Source: Myxococcaceae bacterium
GTDB taxonomy: Bacteria; Myxococcota; UBA727; JABDBI01
Assembly: GCA_037134495.1 (NCBI GenBank)
Contig: JBAXMC010000001.1
Location: 1-58,933, forward strand
Length of the DNA: 58,933 nt
Reading direction: 5' to 3'
Below the pieces are notes generated by a model that made no database searches, was not told the DNA's origin, and was given only the letters and a program-made list of their open reading frames with translations. The position numbers and the translations under genes were made by a program. This document shows, one piece after another, positions 53,782 to 58,933 of the stretch; position 1 is the stretch's first letter; each line of letters starts with the position of its first letter.

Positions 53782-54917
53782 CCGAACAACTCACGCGTAA
53801 TGATCACACGTTGTATCTGGCTTGTACCCTCGTAAATTTGCAAAATCTTCGCATCTCTCATGAGTTTCTCGACTGGATACTCTTTATTAAAACCGTTGCC
53901 ACCAAAAACTTGAACAGCATCGGTTGTTACACGCATGGCCATGTCTGCACAGAAGCGCTTTGCATGTGCAGCTTGAAGCGTATTGCTCTGCCCTTTGTCT
54001 AGTCTAAGCGCAGCATTCCAAGCCAAAAACCTTCCTGCTTCTATATCTGTCGCCATGTCAGCAATCATGAAACCGATTCCCTGGTGATGCCAGAGTGGCT
54101 TTCCGAAACTTTTGCGTGCTGAAGCATATGCAACAGCATGTTCCATGGCTGCACGTGCAACACCAACACCAGCAATGCCTACCAGTGGCCTTGTATGGTC
54201 GAATGCTTTCATCGCAATCATAAAGCCGTCACCTTCACGACCCAATAAATTTTCAGCAGGAATTTCAACATCTTCAAATGTCACAGAGCGTGTATCAGAA
54301 GCGCACTGGCCCATATTGTGCTCTTTCTTACCAACACTCACGCCAGGCAAATCTCTGGGAACGACAAAAGCACTCATGCCCTTGTGAGCAGCATTCTTGT
54401 CTGTTTTAGCCAAAACAAAATACCAACGTGCATGTCCTGCGCCGGTAATCCACATTTTTTGGCCATTTAGAATATATTTGTCGCCTTTTTTAACAGCACT
54501 GGTTTGAATAGCTGCCACGTCAGACCCAGCGCCCGCTTCGGTCACAGCATAAGCACAAATATGGTGTTCATGAGAAAACGGTGAGAGCCATTTTTTCTTT
54601 TGTTCTTCACTTCCGGCAATAATCACAGGCATTTGGCCTAATGAGTTTGCAGTAATCGCTGTTGTGACGCCCATACAGCCCCAGCTCAGCTCTTCTTCGA
54701 TCAAACAGCCATCCATCGCACCTAGCTCAAGTCCGCCGCAGCTCGCCGGGAGATGTACATTGAGGAGACCTAAATCAAACGCTTTCTTCAAGATATCTTC
54801 AGGCCATTCACCTGTTTCATCATGATAGCTGGCCTTTGGCCTGATTTCTTTCTCGGCAAAATCATGGGCAAGAGACTTAAGTTGCTTCTGGTCGTCGCTC
54901 AGATCAAAGTTAATCAT
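53778..54917 (-). CDS. Acyl-CoA dehydrogenase (short/medium-chain type)
   Basis: [19 protein letters not shown], and the C-terminal motif [18 protein letters not shown]. About 379 aa. Confidence 0.9.
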   Translation of the reverse strand: MINFDLSDDQKQLKSLAHDFAEKEIRPKASYHDETGEWPEDILKKAFDLGLLNVHLPASCGGLELGAMDGCLIEEELSWGCMGVTTAITANSLGQMPVIIAGSEEQKKKWLSPFSHEHHICAYAVTEAGAGSDVAAIQTSAVKKGDKYILNGQKMWITGAGHARWYFVLAKTDKNAAHKGMSAFVVPRDLPGVSVGKKEHNMGQCASDTRSVTFEDVEIPAENLLGREGDGFMIAMKAFDHTRPLVGIAGVGVARAAMEHAVAYASARKSFGKPLWHHQGIGFMIADMATDIEAGRFLAWNAALRLDKGQSNTLQAAHAKRFCADMAMRVTTDAVQVFGGNGFNKEYPVEKLMRDAKILQIYEGTSQIQRVIITRELFG

Positions 54918-54926
54918 CGCTTTCTA

Positions 54927-55286
54927 TTAGCTCTTCCTAGGAACCAATACAACACCTGACTCGAATCCAACTAAAACAGGTCTCACTTCGTTGCTAAGAC
55001 CACTCAAAGAAATGTTGAGTTGTCTTTTAATCATAGCCTGACAACGATCTTCTTTGCCTGTCACATCTATGATTTTAGCATCGCAAACATTCACAACTCC
55101 GATGTTCTGGGTGTTAGATATCTCACAATTCACCAAATTCATTTCAAAGCGATGTTCAAAACAGCCGCCATTGTATAGAACTTGAACTTCAAGCTGGTCT
55201 AATTGCTGATTGTAAACAACGTTGGTCACTTGCAAGGCCGACACGGAACCAGAAATCAGAAGCAGTAAAGCAGCGAATATTTTCAT
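54927..55286 (-). CDS. Small hypothetical exported Cys-containing protein
   Basis: The ATG at 55286 is preceded by an AAGAGG RBS. Signal peptide MKIFAALLLLISGSVSA and four Cys residues. The track start at 55325 is an unsupported extension. Confidence 0.5.
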   Translation of the reverse strand: MKIFAALLLLISGSVSALQVTNVVYNQQLDQLEVQVLYNGGCFEHRFEMNLVNCEISNTQNIGVVNVCDAKIIDVTGKEDRCQAMIKRQLNISLSGLSNEVRPVLVGFESGVVLVPRKS

Positions 55287-55356
55287 AAATGACCTCTTAT
55301 GAAAGATTTCGGCACGGCTTGTCAAAAGTTGCGTTCTGTGTCGTTATTTCTGTCAC

Positions 55357-56844
55357 ATGACTGATTTTTCACACGATGTGATTGTGATAGGCGGCGGGAT
55401 CAACGGTGTAGGTATCGCGCGCGACTGTGCTTTGAGGGGCATGAAGACGCTGCTTATCGAAAAGCATGACTTTGCCAAAGGCGCCTCCGGTAACAACACG
55501 GGCATGATCCACGGCGGAATCCGATATTTGCGCTATGATGTCGGCACTACAAAATCAAGCTGCACAGATTCCGGCTATATTCAGAAAATTGCTGGACATT
55601 TGTTGCATCGCGTCCCCTTTTTATTTCCAGTCATGAAGAGCGATTTTGGTGGACAATTTCTACTTGAAGGCGCTGAAATTTTTTTCGAAGGTTATGACCG
55701 ATTTCAGCCGCTCAAAAACGGCAAATCTCATACGCGTTTGACTCGAGAAGAAGCACTTGAATTAGAACCCGGTCTTTCTCCTAATATTATTGGTGCTGTT
55801 ACTTTAGACGAGTGGGCCATCGACTCCTATAGACTAACAGTCGAAAATGCCGTTGATGCGAAACTGGCTGGTGCCCAGGTTAGAAACTACTGTGAGTTCA
55901 CGCGATTTATTGGGGATTCTAAGCAACGTATTCGAGAAATCGAATTCTATGATCACATCCATAAACGCCATGAACAACACGAGGCAAAGTGGATCGTGAA
56001 TGCGACAGGGTCATGGGGAGCGTCTATCTCTAACCAAACTCAGACGCCTTACAAGCTAAGACCCGGCAAAGGTGTGCACGTTGTTTACCCACACAGAATC
56101 TCCAACTATGGCCTGATCATGAAAGCAATTGATGGCCGCCAGATGTTTTTCCTGCCTCATGGCCATACCACTTGGATAGGAACAACCGATGATGATTTTT
56201 ACGGAGATTTAGACTCGCCTCCAATTCTAGAAGACGAAATCAAATATATCATCGAGTCGGCTCGCTCAGTTTTTCCATCGATAGACCATTATACGCCAGA
56301 TCATAGTTATGTTGGCGTCAGACCTACGCTTTATGAGTGGGGTAAAAACGAAGATGCCTTAAGTCGAGAGCATTTAATTTTAGATCATGAAAATGGTGTA
56401 TTTTCTGTAACCGGCGGCAAGCTCGCTTCTTACAGAGAACTCTCTGAAGAAGTGACCGATATCTTGGCTAAAAAATTAGGCATACAAACGCCTTGTCAAA
56501 CCCATACGCGTCTCCTGCCCGGATTTCATCCAGAGCCACCTACAGAAGAAGTTTGTTTGTGTGAAAACATCAGCAAAGAGCAGCTGACTTATAGCATTCA
56601 GCATGAAATTGTGAGTCGCTTAAGCGACCTCAGAGGTCGTTGTCATTTAGCCAAAGGCGCCTGCGGCGGTGCACATTGTTTAATGCGTGCTTCTCAAATT
56701 TTCGCCGACGAAAAACAGCTTAGCTCTCAACAGCAATTGGCAGAGCTAAAGCACATGCAAGAAATTTGCTTCAAAGAACGAGAGCCTGTTTTAAGCGGCG
56801 CCAATTTGGCTCGTGAAGAATTAGGGCATATGATCCTACGATAG
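55357..56844 (+). CDS. glpD: FAD-dependent glycerol-3-phosphate dehydrogenase (GlpA/GlpD-like) with a C-terminal BFD-like Cys cluster
   Basis: DVIVIGGGINGVGIARDCALRG, GMIHGGIRYL, GGKLASYR. C-terminal CLCENIS...CHLAKGACGGAHC. Confidence 0.8.
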   Translation: MTDFSHDVIVIGGGINGVGIARDCALRGMKTLLIEKHDFAKGASGNNTGMIHGGIRYLRYDVGTTKSSCTDSGYIQKIAGHLLHRVPFLFPVMKSDFGGQFLLEGAEIFFEGYDRFQPLKNGKSHTRLTREEALELEPGLSPNIIGAVTLDEWAIDSYRLTVENAVDAKLAGAQVRNYCEFTRFIGDSKQRIREIEFYDHIHKRHEQHEAKWIVNATGSWGASISNQTQTPYKLRPGKGVHVVYPHRISNYGLIMKAIDGRQMFFLPHGHTTWIGTTDDDFYGDLDSPPILEDEIKYIIESARSVFPSIDHYTPDHSYVGVRPTLYEWGKNEDALSREHLILDHENGVFSVTGGKLASYRELSEEVTDILAKKLGIQTPCQTHTRLLPGFHPEPPTEEVCLCENISKEQLTYSIQHEIVSRLSDLRGRCHLAKGACGGAHCLMRASQIFADEKQLSSQQQLAELKHMQEICFKEREPVLSGANLAREELGHMILR

Positions 56845-56859
56845 CAGTGTTGTTCTCGT

Positions 56860-57849
56860 ATGAGACGCATCATTGAGAACCATGGGTACATAGAAATCGA
56901 GATGGATGAGATACCTGCTCTGGACCCGCCCAGAGTGCAAGACAATGATTCTCCTCCTCTTTTAATCGACGATGAAATTTTATTGAACAGTTTTGAAGCG
57001 GCTCCTGTCACTCGAACCAATCATTTCCAAGAAGATGCTCAAGTTCTTGCTCATCAATTAAAAGCTGGGTTTTCTCCTACAGAAACAGCTGTTTCCGGCT
57101 TAGAACTTTTACCGAGTGTGCTTAAAGAACTTGGGCATCAAGTTCCAGGAGTCGGGGCTCTTTTCGCTACCGGTTTTCTCGCTGAAGATATCGCCAGCTT
57201 CAAACATCTTCAACAGCATATTAAACACACAAAAAAATTTCTGCCTAAAAAACTAGAGCCTATAAGTTTTAATGATTTTGCTTCTCAAAATGCAGAGCGT
57301 GGTCATAATGCTTTGATTCAAAACACGCTTGCTTATGTAATTAGTCAATTCGAACGTCGTTCAGACAAACTCATGGACAGTATGGGTGGGAAAACTTTGC
57401 AGGCAACGGGCAGCATTTTAATTTTCACAGGTCTATTTACACACGGCCTGACAGCTATTCCAGGTTTAGCACTTGGGGCTGCTGGAACTGTGATTAAAGC
57501 ACGTGTTGGCATTCGTTCCGTTTTGAATAATCTGAAAAAAAGAAAAGGAAAAGAGCTTTCTGTAAACAGAGAAAATCATGCAAGATATCTCTACGGGCTC
57601 ACGCTTTTGCATCTGCATCGCTTAGGGGCTCATAATGGTAATTACTCACAATCAAAGGAAGCCAAAAAGTCTGTTGAGTTTGTTCAGAATATCCCAGGAG
57701 ATCCTCATTATGCAGCTCAAATGGCAGCAGAGTTTGTATGTTCACTCAAAGGGTTAGAATTTTTCAAAAAACATGCTCTCACTCAAACAGAAATGGAGCA
57801 TTTTTTAGAATATGGCCTTTGGAAAATTATGTTGGAGATAAAATCCTAA
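56860..57849 (+). CDS. Hypothetical protein with an acidic N-terminus and a central hydrophobic hairpin (329 aa)
   Basis: Long ORF starting 15 nt after glpD. The hydrophobic stretch is GSILIFTGLFTHGLTAIPGLALGAAGTVI. No motif recognised. Confidence 0.5.
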   Translation: MRRIIENHGYIEIEMDEIPALDPPRVQDNDSPPLLIDDEILLNSFEAAPVTRTNHFQEDAQVLAHQLKAGFSPTETAVSGLELLPSVLKELGHQVPGVGALFATGFLAEDIASFKHLQQHIKHTKKFLPKKLEPISFNDFASQNAERGHNALIQNTLAYVISQFERRSDKLMDSMGGKTLQATGSILIFTGLFTHGLTAIPGLALGAAGTVIKARVGIRSVLNNLKKRKGKELSVNRENHARYLYGLTLLHLHRLGAHNGNYSQSKEAKKSVEFVQNIPGDPHYAAQMAAEFVCSLKGLEFFKKHALTQTEMEHFLEYGLWKIMLEIKS

Positions 57850-57869
57850 TGAGCTTTGCTGCAACCGAC

Positions 57870-58340
57870 TCAGCGGTAGGTCATATACTTGTATCTCATC
57901 TGAACCTCACCCAAACAAACTGATTTGAAAATTAGATCACATTCTACTTCAGCTGATGCTTCTAAGAAGCTAGGACATGTCTTAATATCTTCAGAATTCC
58001 ATGGGTGCTCAACCTGACTGGAGTTTCTATCCCAAGATTTCAAAACAGAGGAACTGTTATAATCTGCAATATTATTGCCATTGCAGTCGTTGAGTTGATA
58101 TTGAATATCAGAGAGCGATGAATCCGACTGTGCAACTATTTTAACGTGGCACTTAATAAATCGATGGGTTTCCATGACTGGTTTATCATTCACTGTATCG
58201 TCCATGCGAAGCCAGTTTGGCAATTGTTTCTTTGGCCAAAGCTGATCTTTCTCTTCACATGAAATCATCTCCAAAGAACTATCCTTAACTTCTTTTCCAC
58301 AACCAATCACAAAGATGATTAACAAAAGCAATATTTTCAT
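57870..58340 (-). CDS. Hypothetical lipoprotein (about 156 aa)
   Basis: The ATG at 58340 gives MKILLLLIIFVIGC-G (lipobox). There are several further Cys residues. The track start at 58358 is GTG. Confidence 0.5.
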   Translation of the reverse strand: MKILLLLIIFVIGCGKEVKDSSLEMISCEEKDQLWPKKQLPNWLRMDDTVNDKPVMETHRFIKCHVKIVAQSDSSLSDIQYQLNDCNGNNIADYNSSSVLKSWDRNSSQVEHPWNSEDIKTCPSFLEASAEVECDLIFKSVCLGEVQMRYKYMTYR

Positions 58341-58522
58341 AGCAGAGTCAGCATACACAGTATTTTTACTTTTTCAACAGATAGGTGGTTTTTTATATTG
58401 GTTTCGATGCTCTTCCAGAAGTTCGCTGACTCTCCAAGTGAAATCCTCTTTGTTCAGGCTTTTGACGGATCTCTTTTTAATCCGCGTAGCGGATTTAAAA
58501 CCTGTGATTTTAGAAGATCATT

Positions 58523-58554
58523 AAAAAACCCAGGTCATGCCTGGGTTTTATTTT
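58523..58554. terminator. Bidirectional intrinsic terminator downstream of rplO
   Basis: AAAAAA-CCCAGG-tcatg-CCTGGG-TTTTATTTT. The stem is flanked by an A-run and a T-run, so it reads as a terminator on both strands. Confidence 0.7.
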
Positions 58555-58596
58555 ATCCCCCTCTCTACTTGGTGGAGAGGAGTTAGGAGTGAGGTC

Positions 58597-58933
58597 CTAA
58601 AGATTCTTCAAGTTATAAGTCGGTGCATTCTTGACGATAACTTCAACAGTTCCGCCTTTTTCTTGCACTTTCTCAATCGCTTTAGCAGATGCTGCGTTCA
58701 CTTTGATGGTCAATGCATGGCTAATAGCACCATCGCCCAAAAGCTTAATCAAGCATTTCATGTTCGGAGCCAAACCAACTGCCACCAAACCTGCTTGGTC
58801 AACAACAGTTCCTGCTTCGAAATACTTGCTCAAACGAGCAACGTTCACTGCATGATAGTCTGTTCTAAAGCCGTAGTTTGAAAAGCCACGTTTTGGAATA
58901 CGACGAGTCAATGGGTTCTGACCACCTTCGAAA
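58597..58933 (-). CDS. rplO: 50S ribosomal protein L15. The 5' end runs off the window.
   Basis: The minus-strand frame is open to the window edge and reads FEGGQNPLTRRIPKRGF..., the conserved L15 core. The M in the track is a TTG Leu codon. Confidence 0.9.
   Translation of the reverse strand, partial: FEGGQNPLTRRIPKRGFSNYGFRTDYHAVNVARLSKYFEAGTVVDQAGLVAVGLAPNMKCLIKLLGDGAISHALTIKVNAASAKAIEKVQEKGGTVEVIVKNAPTYNLKNL

Noticed and set aside
58315-58586. Plus-strand ORFs (58315-58524, 58398-58586, 58537-58881) between the lipoprotein gene and rplO.
   Set aside because: They have no RBS and low-complexity or odd composition. They overlap the terminator hairpin or the rplO coding strand, so they are treated as non-coding.
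1-58933. A scan for tRNA, rRNA, tmRNA, CRISPR arrays, prophage blocks, and defence or secretion-system gene sets.
   Set aside because: I found no cloverleaf-type conserved arms (such as GGTTCGAATCC in a non-coding context), no rRNA-like conserved stretches, no regularly spaced direct repeats, and no phage structural or defence-enzyme motifs. An eye scan cannot exclude small RNAs.

Overview
This is a chromosomal, AT-leaning window from an unidentified Gram-negative bacterium. It encodes many lipobox lipoproteins, a FadL-type outer-membrane protein and two Hanks-type kinases, one with a PEGA domain. A Bdellovibrionota/Oligoflexia-like or host-associated lineage is only a guess. Most of the window is housekeeping: guaA-orn-yhhQ-tgt (translationally coupled), a 2-Cys peroxiredoxin, an NhaP-type antiporter, three aminopeptidases (PepP-like, PepN, M61-like), comEC (split over two frames), aroA plus a class II DAHP synthase, dnaA, fabH, nuoEFGHIJKLMN followed by a DsbA-like lipoprotein, cmk, scoAB plus an acyl-CoA dehydrogenase, a GlpA/GlpD-like dehydrogenase, and the 3' part of rplO. 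I found no tRNA, rRNA or CRISPR array. Five things look worth a second look. (1) 44.7-51.5 kb holds an operon-like array of five paralogous exported helical proteins. It runs as one fused double module, then two tandem A-B pairs with 3-nt spacing. The proteins have conserved Cys pairs and a shared C-terminal ...KPR[TSK] tail, and the array ends in a FadL-family barrel. A lipoprotein with an NlpC/P60-like Cys/His signature and a REPtron-like Y1-transposase unit lie just upstream. I recognise no characterised system in it. (2) Two paralogous wHTH (HTH_36-like) genes (5827-6273 and 31116-31556) each carry the same ~120-nt upstream module. Read on the opposite strand, it is a perfect TTGACA-17-TATnTT promoter plus a terminator hairpin with covarying stem. 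This is a candidate countertranscript or leader RNA, and one copy sits in front of the nuo operon. (3) The 5'-truncated Ser/Thr kinase at the left edge carries a eukaryote-type PH-like domain and ends in KIKSKDCCSVM, a polybasic stretch plus a CaaX-like box, which is an effector-like signature. (4) An IS200-like Y1 transposase is flanked by ~115-bp multi-hairpin inverted repeats. (5) There is a vapBC pair, a split comEC, and a papain-like protease without a prodomain. All functional calls come from motif recognition by eye; no database search was possible.
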